A stretch of DNA of 64,000 nt from NCBI GenBank assembly GCA_025594325.1, contig JANHCV010000010.1, positions 806,001-870,000 on the forward strand, given 5' to 3'. The notes beneath the pieces are model-generated. The model searched no databases. It saw only the letters and a program-made list of their open reading frames with translations, and was not told where the DNA came from. The stretch's first letter is position 1; every line of letters starts with the position of its first letter. Position numbers and translations under genes: made by a program. Shown in pieces: positions 54,892 to 64,000 of this stretch. The stretch comes from Blastocladiella emersonii ATCC 22665 (Eukaryota; Fungi; Blastocladiomycota).

Positions 54892-57800
54892 CTAGAACAG
54901 GCCGGCCTCCTCGAGCAGGCGGACGAGCTTCTGGTCCTCGCGCTCGCGGGGCTCGCGGTTGAGCGAGATCTCGTAGAGCTCGCCCGACTCGCGGTTGTGG
55001 TTGATCATGTTGAGCAGGTACTCCTGGACCTCGGGCACGGGCTTGAGGTGGAACGGGAGCACCTGGAACTGCTGGATCTCGCGGATGATGTCGGCGGTCC
55101 GCTGCCGCTTGCTGAAGTTGACGAGCGGCTGCGGCGCATCTGCGCCATCGACGGATGCCGCCGCGTCGGGCATGCCGGGCACCTTGAGCACGTTCGGGTT
55201 GCCGTCCTCGAGGAACGTCAGGTCCGACAGGTACCGTCCGAGGAACGGGATGCACGGCGGGACGACCGCGTGCAGGAGCTCGCGGTACGTGGCGAAGTTC
55301 TTGTGCGGGTCGGTCACGGCGCGGAGGTCGTTGAGCACGCCCGTGGTCTTGGACGACAGCATCTCCCACGTCCGCGACAGGCGGTGGATGGGCGCCGAGT
55401 TGAGCGCGGCCAGGATCGAGAACAGCGTGTTGTAGTTGTTGAGCGACTTGCACCGGTCGGCGATCAGGATGTAGTGCTTGAGCAGCGAGCATCGCTTCTT
55501 GGGGTCCTCTTCCGCCAGAATGCTCTCGGCGACCCACCCCGTGACGCTGTTGGACATCTCGACCATGCGGCGCAGGTTCGGCGCGCGCGCCTTGGCCTCC
55601 TCGGCGGACCCGCGGTCCGCGCTCCACGCCTTGTTCAGGAACTCGGTGTAGATGAGCCGCGTGAAGTACGAGAACTCGATGAGCGTGAGCTGGCGCGCGA
55701 CTTCGAGCGGGTCGAGTTCCGTGAACTTGAGCTTCTTGAGCGACCGCGGGAGCACGGGCGCCGGCGGCGGGCCCGTCGGCGGCACGGGCGTCATGCCGTT
55801 GACGGGCGGGACCGGGCGGAGCGGGAGGTGCGGGGTGGCCGAGGACTCGCGCTTCTCGACGAGCTTGATGAGCTGAACCGACGACGTCGCCATGACGGGC
55901 CGCATCACGGTGCGCGCCCAGTTGCGCACGTGGTCGAGCGCGGCGAGGTCGTCGGGGATGTAGGGGAGGCAGTAGTGCTCGAGCCACGTCTTCATGACGT
56001 TGAAGACGCGCAGGCGGACGGGCGTCATCTTCTTCTCGATCCACACCTCGAGCTCCGCGTCCGACAGGCCCTGGGGCGGCTGGATCGAGAACCGCGCCAT
56101 GAGGCAGTTGATCAGGTCGGCCGACGTCATGAAGGTGCGGTACGAGAAGAGGAACCCGGTCATGAACGCCGCGTCGAACTGGTCGTGCAGCGTGAGCCGC
56201 TCGACGAGCGCGGGCAGCGTGCCGCCCTTGACCTGCGCCTCCATGTTGAACACGATCTCGCTCGGCGCGTAGTCGTAGGCCAGGAACCACGGCTGCTCCT
56301 CCTGCTGCTCGGCGAACCCGCGCGCGCCCGCGGCGCCGCCCGCGATCGTCGACGGGTCCACGTCGTCGCCAAAGAACCGGCGCAGCTTGGCCGAGTACGG
56401 CGTGGCGGGCGGCGACGACGCCATGGACGTCGCGCGCGCCGGGCCCGGGTAGCTGCTGACGCCCGACGACTGGTACGGCGGCGAGTGGATCGGAGAGGAA
56501 CCGTGGAAGGTCGCGGCCGACGCGGACCGCGGCGCGTACGCCTGTTGCGCGGCGCGCGCGGCGGCCGAATTCGCCAGCTCCGTGTTGAGCGCGAGCATCT
56601 CGCCGCCGACGGGCTTCTGCTGCGGGAACGGCGACACGGGCGACAGCGGGACCGCGGACGCGGCCATGGACGACCGGCGGTGCTCGCGGCGGTACTTGGC
56701 GTCGAGCAGCTGCTGCGTCGAGGCCAGGAGGTCCTTGACGGACCGCTCGACGACCGTGATGGAGACGACGACCTGCTCCATGGCGTTAGGCGGCGCGAGC
56801 GGGTCGGTCGCCTGCGACGTGGCCATGACGAGCCCGGCGATGTTGTTGTACAGGGACTGCTTGTGGATCTTGAACTCGTGCAGCAGCGGCGAGTCCGGGC
56901 CCTCCTCGAGCTGCACCTCCTCGATCAGCGACAGGAACTGGCCGACCTCGGTCACCGTGGTCCGCGTCAGCGTCAGCAGCGTGGCCACCGTGATCGACTC
57001 CTGCGTGTTGGCGTACAGCTTGCCGAGCGTCGACAGCACCGATGAGCTCACCGCGTCCAGCTGCTGCACGCTCTCGTGCGTCGCCAGCGAGATGCTCAGC
57101 GTGCGCGGGTCCGACGCGCGCTGGTGCTGCATGCGCGGCTCGGCGGCGGGGGCGAGGTCGGGCTGCGCGGCGGCCGCGGCCGCGGCGGCCTGTTCGGCGC
57201 GCTCGCGCTCCTCGCGCTCCTTCTCGCTACGGGTTCGCGCGGGCGGGAGTGTCAGCCGATGGTCTCCATCCCGAAAGCGTGTCAGCAAAACGTACTCGAG
57301 GATATCTGTCTTGACCTCAACACTGCACGCACGGGCAGCCTCAACGAACCCGCGGACGGCGGCGAGGAGGTCGGACGCCTCGCCGATCATCTTCTGGACA
57401 GCGTCGGGCGGGGGCCAGACGCCCGACGCGAGCTTAGCGGCGAGCACGAGCTTGGAGAGCGACCCGAGGAGGGCGCGGTGCTGGGTCTTGAGCGCCGGGT
57501 TGTTCTTGACGGCGGGGGCCTCCTTGTCGACGGCGCCCGAGGCGTGCAGCATGGCGCGGATCGCGTCGACAATGTGCGACGAGTTCGGGATGAACATGGC
57601 CTTGTTGCTGGCCTTGGCCGACTTGAGCAGCCGCTGGATCGCAGAGAAGATCTGCTGCGTGAGCAGCGACCACGCCTTCATCTGGCGCTCGGCCGGCGAC
57701 GACTGCGACGTGATGGACGCGGCGCTCGTCGACGGCGTCGGGGAGCCCGCGGTGGTGGAAGCAGCGGCGGGAGGGGCGTCGGCGGGCGGCGCGGAAATGG

Positions 57801-58452
57801 ACAGCGACGCGTTGGACGGGCGGCGCTGGCTGTCGGAATCGGGGGCCGTGGACGCGGACGCGGCCGAGGCGCGCGGGTTGGTGTTGGAGTTGGCGGTGCT
57901 GTGGACCGAGGCCGCGTCGCCGTTGACGGAGCCGGTGGCGGCGGCCGAAGGAGCGGCGGCGGTCGGCGAGGGGTCGGCCGAGGGCGGCTGGGCGGGCGTG
58001 TCCTCGAGCGAGGGCGGGTCGGGCATCGCACCCGCCAGGTAGTCGTTCTCCCACATGAGGGCGGGGAGGGTCCACGACATCTCGTCCGAGTCGTCGTGGT
58101 AGAAGAAGGTGCCCTGGCCGTCGTCCGTCTCCTGGAGCGACCACCCGTCGGGGAGCAGGAGCACGTTGTTGGTGCGCTCCCAGGCCGACTCGCCCGTGGC
58201 CTCGTTGTACCAGAAGGCCTGGCCGTCGGCGGCGATGCGCTTGACCCAGGCGGCCTCCTCGGCGCGCGACCGCAGGATGAGCGGCGGGGTCACGTAGTTG
58301 GACGGGAACCAGCCGCGCTCCTCGCGCAGCAGGCCGTCCCACCAGCCCGACTCGAGCTGCGTGAACACCTGAATCAGGTCGTCGGCGCGGAACGACAGGT
58401 TCGCCGTGTCGCCGCCGTCGTAGTCGTACAGCGCGCGCACGACGACGACCAT
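54892..58452 (-). CDS. CDC25: CDC25-like Ras guanine-nucleotide exchange factor (SH3, WW, REM, RasGEF)
   Basis: VRALYDY...GWWDG...RGWFPSNYV (SH3), LPDGW...FFYH...SWTLP (WW), VKGGTLPALVERLT (REM), EVARQLTL, NNYNTL, PPCIPFLGRYLSDLTFLEDGNP. Probable 69-nt in-frame intron 57295-57227. Confidence 0.94.
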   Translation of the reverse strand: MVVVVRALYDYDGGDTANLSFRADDLIQVFTQLESGWWDGLLREERGWFPSNYVTPPLILRSRAEEAAWVKRIAADGQAFWYNEATGESAWERTNNVLLLPDGWSLQETDDGQGTFFYHDDSDEMSWTLPALMWENDYLAGAMPDPPSLEDTPAQPPSADPSPTAAAPSAAATGSVNGDAASVHSTANSNTNPRASAASASTAPDSDSQRRPSNASLSISAPPADAPPAAASTTAGSPTPSTSAASITSQSSPAERQMKAWSLLTQQIFSAIQRLLKSAKASNKAMFIPNSSHIVDAIRAMLHASGAVDKEAPAVKNNPALKTQHRALLGSLSKLVLAAKLASGVWPPPDAVQKMIGEASDLLAAVRGFVEAARACSVEVKTDILEYVLLTRFRDGDHRLTLPPARTRSEKEREERERAEQAAAAAAAAQPDLAPAAEPRMQHQRASDPRTLSISLATHESVQQLDAVSSSVLSTLGKLYANTQESITVATLLTLTRTTVTEVGQFLSLIEEVQLEEGPDSPLLHEFKIHKQSLYNNIAGLVMATSQATDPLAPPNAMEQVVVSITVVERSVKDLLASTQQLLDAKYRREHRRSSMAASAVPLSPVSPFPQQKPVGGEMLALNTELANSAAARAAQQAYAPRSASAATFHGSSPIHSPPYQSSGVSSYPGPARATSMASSPPATPYSAKLRRFFGDDVDPSTIAGGAAGARGFAEQQEEQPWFLAYDYAPSEIVFNMEAQVKGGTLPALVERLTLHDQFDAAFMTGFLFSYRTFMTSADLINCLMARFSIQPPQGLSDAELEVWIEKKMTPVRLRVFNVMKTWLEHYCLPYIPDDLAALDHVRNWARTVMRPVMATSSVQLIKLVEKRESSATPHLPLRPVPPVNGMTPVPPTGPPPAPVLPRSLKKLKFTELDPLEVARQLTLIEFSYFTRLIYTEFLNKAWSADRGSAEEAKARAPNLRRMVEMSNSVTGWVAESILAEEDPKKRCSLLKHYILIADRCKSLNNYNTLFSILAALNSAPIHRLSRTWEMLSSKTTGVLNDLRAVTDPHKNFATYRELLHAVVPPCIPFLGRYLSDLTFLEDGNPNVLKVPGMPDAAASVDGADAPQPLVNFSKRQRTADIIREIQQFQVLPFHLKPVPEVQEYLLNMINHNRESGELYEISLNREPREREDQKLVRLLEEAGLF

Positions 58453-59080
58453 GGTGGTTGGAGGTGGTTGGTCTAGTGGGCTGGACTGCTGTATGGGTTA
58501 GGTTAGGTTGGGGCTCGAGAATGAAGATGAGTGCATAGCGTACAAGTTGAAGTTGAAGTGCAGCAGCAGCAGGTCGACTGCAGCGCTGAAGGAAGCGAGA
58601 GTGGCGTAGCGGCAACGGCGGCAGCTCGCGCACGCAGAACGAGTGGCGGGCAGCGGCGGTGGCGGGCGACAGCAGGAGCAGCTACGTTCACACGAAGTGA
58701 TAGTCCAGAGGTTGATACGTCGCAACGCAGAGAGCGGAGAGGAGAGGGGGCGAACGAGTGCACGGCAAGCACGCAGGCGCGGTGGCGGCGAAGCATCATG
58801 GCGCCGAGCCACGCCACGTGCGGGCGCCACACTCGGCAACGCCGCCCTCCGATTGGCCGGACCGCGCAGCCGTGCCCGCCCCCGCAAAAGCGCCGAGTGG
58901 CTCAGCGTCACGTGCAGGTTTGGAATGTGGCGCCCGCGCGGATCGACGCGTCGATGGCCCATGCACTCCCGTCGTGAGGGGGAGAGAGCGACGTCATGGC
59001 GGAGGAGAGCCCACATGGGGCGAATCGTGTATTCTGTACAGCATGGGATGCGATGGGATGTGCCACGGCAGCGACAGCGG

Positions 59081-59880
59081 CTACGGCGAGCCGGCGATGA
59101 CCGAGCGCACAGCCGTGTCCTCGTCCTCGGCGGGGATCTTGGCGCTGGCGACATCGTCCTCCTCGTCGTCCCCCGCATCGCCCTGGAGCCGCGACTCGGC
59201 CCACGCGAGGTACTCGGCGTACGTGCACTTGGCCTTGGCGCTGCGGTACCGGACGACGCGCAGCCCGTCGCGCAACTCATCATCGATCGGGCCGGCGTAC
59301 CCGGACTTGCGGATGAGCGAGTCGAGGGCGGCGACGTGGTCCCACCCCTGCTCGCGCGCAATCTCGGGCAGGTAGGTCGCCGAGTGGGCCTTGCCCGAGC
59401 GCGGGTCGCGGAAGAAGATGCGGATGCCGTGCTCGCCCACGACCCAGTCGAGCGGGTGCGCCGCGTCCTCAAAGTCGACCAGCAGCGACACGCTGCAGCT
59501 CAGGCGCGCCAGCTCGTGCTTGCCGATCGGCGAGAAGCGCGTGTCGCGCACCGCGCTCACCACCGCGTACTCGCGCAGACCGTCGCCGAGAGGCTGCGCG
59601 CTGAAGTTGCCGATGCACCCGCGCAGGCAAACGTCGGTCCCGCCGTTGCGGCCGCGGTGCGAGGTCGAGATGTTCCACGTCACGAACAGCGGGCTACACG
59701 CACGCGCGCACTTCGGTCAGGTTCGCCGGTTGAGGTGAGGCGCGGGAATGCTACTCACTATTCCGCATCAGCTCCATCGCCGAGCACCTCGGTCGCGTCG
59801 ACTTCCACGGCGTCCTCGCCGTCCAGGTGCTTGACCAGCACCTCGAAGCAGTAGTAGCAGTGCTCCTTGCTCGCGACCAT
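59081..59880 (-). CDS. AMMECR1: AMMECR1-domain protein
   Basis: Exons 59880-59759 and 59693-59081. HCYYCFEVL, YPLFVTW, LRGCIGNF, YAVVSAVRDTRF, WVVGEHGIRI, ATYLPEIAREQGW. Confidence 0.93.
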
Positions 59881-60170
59881 CTTGGTTTCATCCGATGCGG
59901 GAGCGAGCGCGGGCCGTTGGGGGACGAGCGAAGTCGAAGACGCGACGAAGCGAGCTGCAGGGCCGGCGTGAGCCGCACGTGGGCTTCTGCGCCACCCCTC
60001 AAACTTGTCTTCGCTTCGCCTCGCCGTTGCCAAATGTCTCCCTCCGCCCGCCTCTCCCTCCGCCCTCCCGCGCCCGACACCGACGCAAATGTACTACGCG
60101 TCCGCACTCCCTGCAACCCCCCTGACTCTCGCTGTACTAGACTAGACATCCCGCAAACACGCATCCGACC

Positions 60171-62171
60171 ATGTACGGCTGGCCCGGCCACTACCCCCCG
60201 ACCTACTACCCGCCGCAGCTCGCGCCGGCGCCGCCCGTCTACCCGGGGTACCGCCCGCCCATGGCGCCCGGCTACGCGCCCGCGCCTGGCGGCCCCGCCG
60301 GCTACCACGCTCCGCCGCGCCCGCCGCGCCCGCACTACGCCGGCGCAACTCGCCCGACCTTCACCAACCGCACACTCGACCTGCGCCCCAACAACCAGCA
60401 GCAGCAGCAGCAGCAGGTGCCCAAGGTCACCCCGCCCGCCAGCAAGGCGCCCGCGCCCGCTCGCACGCCCTCGGCCCCGCCCGCTCGCCCTATCTCGGTC
60501 CCTGCCACCACCACCACAACCCCCATCGTCCGCCCGCCCGCCCCCGCCTCGGCCCCCGCGACCGAGTACGTCCGCCTGTCCAACGGCTCGCTCGTGCGCA
60601 AGGACCTCGCCCACGCCGCCACGACCCCGTCGCCGTCGCCTTCCTCTACCCACCGCGCCCCGCACTCGGTCCCGATCCGCCACACCCCCTCGGCCCCTCC
60701 CGCGCAGTACGTGCGCACCGCCACGGGCAATCTGGTCCGCGCCGGGCTCGCCCCGGGCGCCACGGGCGCCAAGGTGCCCTTCCTCCGTCTGCCGAACGGG
60801 AACCTGGTGCGCCGCGACCTCGTCATCGCGCGGCTCGCGCGCAAACGCACGCTGCTCGACCAGCGCGTCGCCGCCGACCGCGCGCGCGCCATGTCGCGCA
60901 TGAACCCGACCGCGGCCGCCGCGTTCCGCCCCGGCCAGCGCACGCCTCGCCCTCCCCCCTCCTCGCGCCCGCGCACACCGACGGCCCCCGCCCCCGCCGC
61001 CAACCTCACGGCGCGCATCGTCCGCCACTGCGCCTTCTTCCAGTCGCGCGGCACTTGCTACAACGGGACCCAGTACCAGTTCCGGCACGACCCAGCGCGC
61101 GTCGCCGCGTGCCGGCTCAAGCTTTTTGGGAAGCCGCACGACGAGACCGCGTGCCCCTACAACCACACGCTCACCCCGCACAACACGCCCGTGTGCGCCC
61201 ACTTCAACCGCGGCAGCTGCTTCAACCCGCGCTGCCCGTTCTCGCACGTCAAGGTCGCCGACGACGCGCTCATCTGCACCGAGTTCCGCACCGGGTTCTG
61301 TACGCGGGGCAAGAAGTGTACGCGCCGGCATGTCTGGGAGTGCCTGCGCGGCGTCACCTGCGATTTCGCACCCTGCACGTTCGAGCACCCGCCCGGACGC
61401 AAGACGCCGCCGCCGCGCGAACCGTGGGTCCAGGGTGCGCGTGACTTCTCGCAGTACGATATCGCGTACAACCCGGCCGACGAGATGGACACGGGCTCCT
61501 CGTCGTCCTCGTCGTCGGCATCGGCGGCGGGCGTCAAGTCGCCCGAGTCCGAGTACGTCGAGGAGCTCGTGTGGGACGAGGACGAGGCCGTCGGCGACGT
61601 CGTTGACGACGACGGCGCTGCCGCGGGCGACCTCGACCCCATGGACGAGGACGCGATCGCCGAGCTCGACCTCGAGACCGTCGACGACGCCGAGCTGTTC
61701 TGGATCGACGACTCGCACCCGACCTCGAGCGCCGGGTCCATCACCAGCTTCGCCGACACCAGCGCCAGCAGCCCCGTCGTCCTCGAGATCAGTGACCGCG
61801 AGGACAGCGACGAAGAGGAGGAGGAGGACGAGGAGGAGGACGAGCCCATGGAGGTGCAGCAGCAGCAGCAGTCGGTGCCCGAGCAGGTCGTGGTCGACGA
61901 CGACTCGGACGACGAAGTCGAGGTCATTTTCGTATCCGCGCCCAAATCGCGCACGCCCGCCGCCAACAACGGCGCTGCGCCCGCCGTCCCGCACGTCGGG
62001 CTCGCCGTCGTCAGCAGCAACCCGCCACCACCGCCGCCGCCGCCGGCGACGCAGCCGCAGCCCATCTCCAAAAAGCAGCGCAAGAAGGCCGCCGCCCGCA
62101 GACGGAGGCTCGAGCGCGAGCAGCAACAGCACCAACAGCAACAGCAGCAGTACGCCGCCCAGTGGCAGTAG
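60171..62171 (+). CDS. Tandem CCCH zinc-finger protein (ZC3H3/Red5-like)
   Basis: 666-aa ORF. CAFFQSRGTC...HDPARVAAC, CPYNH, CAHFNRGSCFNPRCPFSHV, CTEFRTGFCTRGKKCTRRH. Acidic tail and basic C-terminal NLS-like run. Confidence 0.82.
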   Translation: MYGWPGHYPPTYYPPQLAPAPPVYPGYRPPMAPGYAPAPGGPAGYHAPPRPPRPHYAGATRPTFTNRTLDLRPNNQQQQQQQVPKVTPPASKAPAPARTPSAPPARPISVPATTTTTPIVRPPAPASAPATEYVRLSNGSLVRKDLAHAATTPSPSPSSTHRAPHSVPIRHTPSAPPAQYVRTATGNLVRAGLAPGATGAKVPFLRLPNGNLVRRDLVIARLARKRTLLDQRVAADRARAMSRMNPTAAAAFRPGQRTPRPPPSSRPRTPTAPAPAANLTARIVRHCAFFQSRGTCYNGTQYQFRHDPARVAACRLKLFGKPHDETACPYNHTLTPHNTPVCAHFNRGSCFNPRCPFSHVKVADDALICTEFRTGFCTRGKKCTRRHVWECLRGVTCDFAPCTFEHPPGRKTPPPREPWVQGARDFSQYDIAYNPADEMDTGSSSSSSSASAAGVKSPESEYVEELVWDEDEAVGDVVDDDGAAAGDLDPMDEDAIAELDLETVDDAELFWIDDSHPTSSAGSITSFADTSASSPVVLEISDREDSDEEEEEDEEEDEPMEVQQQQQSVPEQVVVDDDSDDEVEVIFVSAPKSRTPAANNGAAPAVPHVGLAVVSSNPPPPPPPPATQPQPISKKQRKKAAARRRRLEREQQQHQQQQQQYAAQWQ

Positions 62172-62784
62172 GCGTGTGATCTGGTACGTTCTTTCCTTCT
62201 CACCCGCTTGCGCGTGCGCGCGCGTCGTGCCGCCCGTGCTCTCGAGTCGCCAAGGTGCAACCGCGGTACGTTGCTCCTCGCCTGGGTCGTCCGTCGTCGC
62301 CGTGCAACTCACCACCCTCCGCGCCATGTCAACCAAGGCCGCTCGCGACCCCGAGTCCGCCCGCGTTCGCGCTACGAGTCGTTCCACCTCGCGTTCGCTA
62401 AGTTCTCGCTCAACCCGCTCGTCCGCACCCTCCCTCGCCCCCCGCCGTCGTCGCTCTGCCCTCCTCGACCAACCGGATCTCGGCGCGTCGCTATCGTCGT
62501 TGTCGTTGTCGTTGTGGTACTCGGCTGGCTGGCATCCGCGTCGTGCTTGTAGGTCGCTTCTCTCCCCCTCGCTCGCTCGCTTGACCGCTCGACTTGAATG
62601 GTACGATCGCATTGCCCACTGTGGCCGTGCGTGCGGCCCCGTTCGCGTCGTCGTCGTTCGAGTGCACTTTTTCTCCCCTCCCTCGTCCCGCCGCCCGAAA
62701 AAGATGATGATGAAAGCGGGACTCTGTTGACGATGACGAAAAGAAGACATGAAAAAAAGTATCTGTACAACAACCCCTCTTGAG

Positions 62785-64000
62785 CTACTCGGCCACGGCC
62801 ATGGCCGGCGCGCCGCCGCCCGGCGCCACGACGTTGCTGGTCCCGCGAAGCCGGCCCTGGATATCCCCCGACCGGCGCGCCTCCCACGCGAGCCCGCACA
62901 GGACGATGAGCCCGCTGCTCGTCCCCGAAATCGTATGCGCGGCGAGCGGCACCCAGAACATGAACCGGTCGTATCCCGTCATGGCGTCGCCGCGCCGGCA
63001 CCCGCCGTCGACCACGGCCGTCAGCACGTGCATCAGGTTGACCGCCGCGAAGACCAGCGACGACAGCGGGAGCACCGTGAACGTCAGCTGCATCCGGCGC
63101 ACCACCCCCGACATCAGCATCGCCTGCAGCTGCCGACGCAGCGCCGCCGTGTTCTGCGTCGTCGAGGCCGACACCGACGAGGTGCCGTGCAGGCGCGACG
63201 TCTCGTCGTCGAGCGCCGACTCGGTGCCCGGCGCGCCCGTCGCGTTGCTGTGCGAGCGCGAGCGGGAAGAGGTACGCTGCTGCGACAGCTTCTGGATCAG
63301 CGCGATCATCGACAGCCGCTGCGTCCCCGTCAGCGTGCCGCCGAGCGCCACCGACTCGCGCGGCTTGGTGAGGTCCCCAGCGGGCGCGGCGCCGGTGGTG
63401 GTGGCCGTCGCGCGGCTCGACCAGCTCGCGTCCGGCGCTGCGCCGGCGAGCAGCGGCGCGCCCGCGGAACTGCCCGGGCTCGCCGTCGAGAACCGGAGCG
63501 AGGTGCCGAGCGCCGCGGTCCCTGCGGAGCTGGCGAGCCGCGCGCTCGAATTGAGCGACGAGCCGAGGTCGGGCCCGCTCGACGCGGGGATCGCGGCGGC
63601 GCTGCTGCGCTGGATCGTGGTGCCAACGGGTTTCGCGGGGCTCTGCTGGTTCTGGTTGTGGTTGCCCTGGGTGCGGTTGGTGCCGAGGACGACGGCGACG
63701 AGCTGGTGGCCGTACAGGCCCATGAGGATGCCGAACACGGCGACGAGGAACCCCCACATGCTCCAGAGCGCCATGTGCACGCCGCGGTTGGTCGCGTCCG
63801 AGGTCGGGACACCGAGCGTGACGGCAAAGGCGACGGTGGCGACGGTCGGGACGATGGTGAACCCGAACATGAACGTGTCGAGGACGAGCGGCGGCGGCGA
63901 GGGGACGGCGAGGATCGCGCTGGTGAAGAGCGACAGCGGCGGGTGCTGCTTGGCGGTGCCGCGCAGCGTGCGTTTCGCGGACGCCGGGATCGAGTAGATG
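62785..64000 (-). CDS. Multi-pass membrane protein, GPCR-like 3' part (5' end outside the window)
   Basis: Open frame to TAG at 62785. At least four hydrophobic helices, with a long Ser/Ala-rich loop between the second and third visible helices, as expected for TM5-ICL3-TM6-TM7. Confidence 0.6.
   Translation of the reverse strand, partial: IYSIPASAKRTLRGTAKQHPPLSLFTSAILAVPSPPPLVLDTFMFGFTIVPTVATVAFAVTLGVPTSDATNRGVHMALWSMWGFLVAVFGILMGLYGHQLVAVVLGTNRTQGNHNQNQQSPAKPVGTTIQRSSAAAIPASSGPDLGSSLNSSARLASSAGTAALGTSLRFSTASPGSSAGAPLLAGAAPDASWSSRATATTTGAAPAGDLTKPRESVALGGTLTGTQRLSMIALIQKLSQQRTSSRSRSHSNATGAPGTESALDDETSRLHGTSSVSASTTQNTAALRRQLQAMLMSGVVRRMQLTFTVLPLSSLVFAAVNLMHVLTAVVDGGCRRGDAMTGYDRFMFWVPLAAHTISGTSSGLIVLCGLAWEARRSGDIQGRLRGTSNVVAPGGGAPAMAVAE

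Noticed and set aside
54772-57045. Long antisense or alternative-frame ORFs (e.g. 54772-57045 +, 8149-9282 -, 59751-62750 -, 39488-41683 +, and the first 820 codons of 48542-51691 +)
   Set aside because: They are shadows of real genes on the other strand or frame. Strong C/G third-position bias removes stops, and the products are Arg/Gly/Ala-rich with no motifs.

Overview
GC-rich, intron-containing eukaryotic DNA with GT(A/G)CG donors, CTRAC/CTAAC branch points and mostly 60-110 nt introns. Gene content (GPI-type chitin deacetylases, SPT23/MGA2, CDC25, SIW14, a possible ciliary AKAP14-like gene) points to a zoosporic fungus, possibly Blastocladiomycota (inference). Two blocks of ordinary genes flank an accessory island. 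The left block (1-15.2 kb) holds a secreted hypothetical protein, an AKAP14-like gene, two tandem CE4 deacetylases, an aquaglyceroporin, an aldo-keto reductase, an HD hydrolase and SPT23/MGA2. The right block (37-64 kb) holds a low-complexity protein with an integrase-H2C2-like domain, a YbaK-like protein, a small membrane protein, a TOM70 relic, TMF1/SGM1, SIW14, RPE1, a FAD oxidoreductase with a metallothionein-like insert, CDC25, AMMECR1, a CCCH zinc-finger protein and a GPCR-like gene. The island (about 15.6-37 kb) is visibly less GC-rich. It carries mostly intronless ankyrin and LRR genes that share one F-box-like N-terminal module, in all states from intact to relic. It also carries a fully delimited PIF/Harbinger transposon (15-bp TIRs, TCA TSD) inserted in an ankyrin ORF and the 3' half of a Plavaka-type transposase. 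I recognised no rRNA, tRNA or CRISPR array. All family assignments come from motif recognition by eye; no database search was run.
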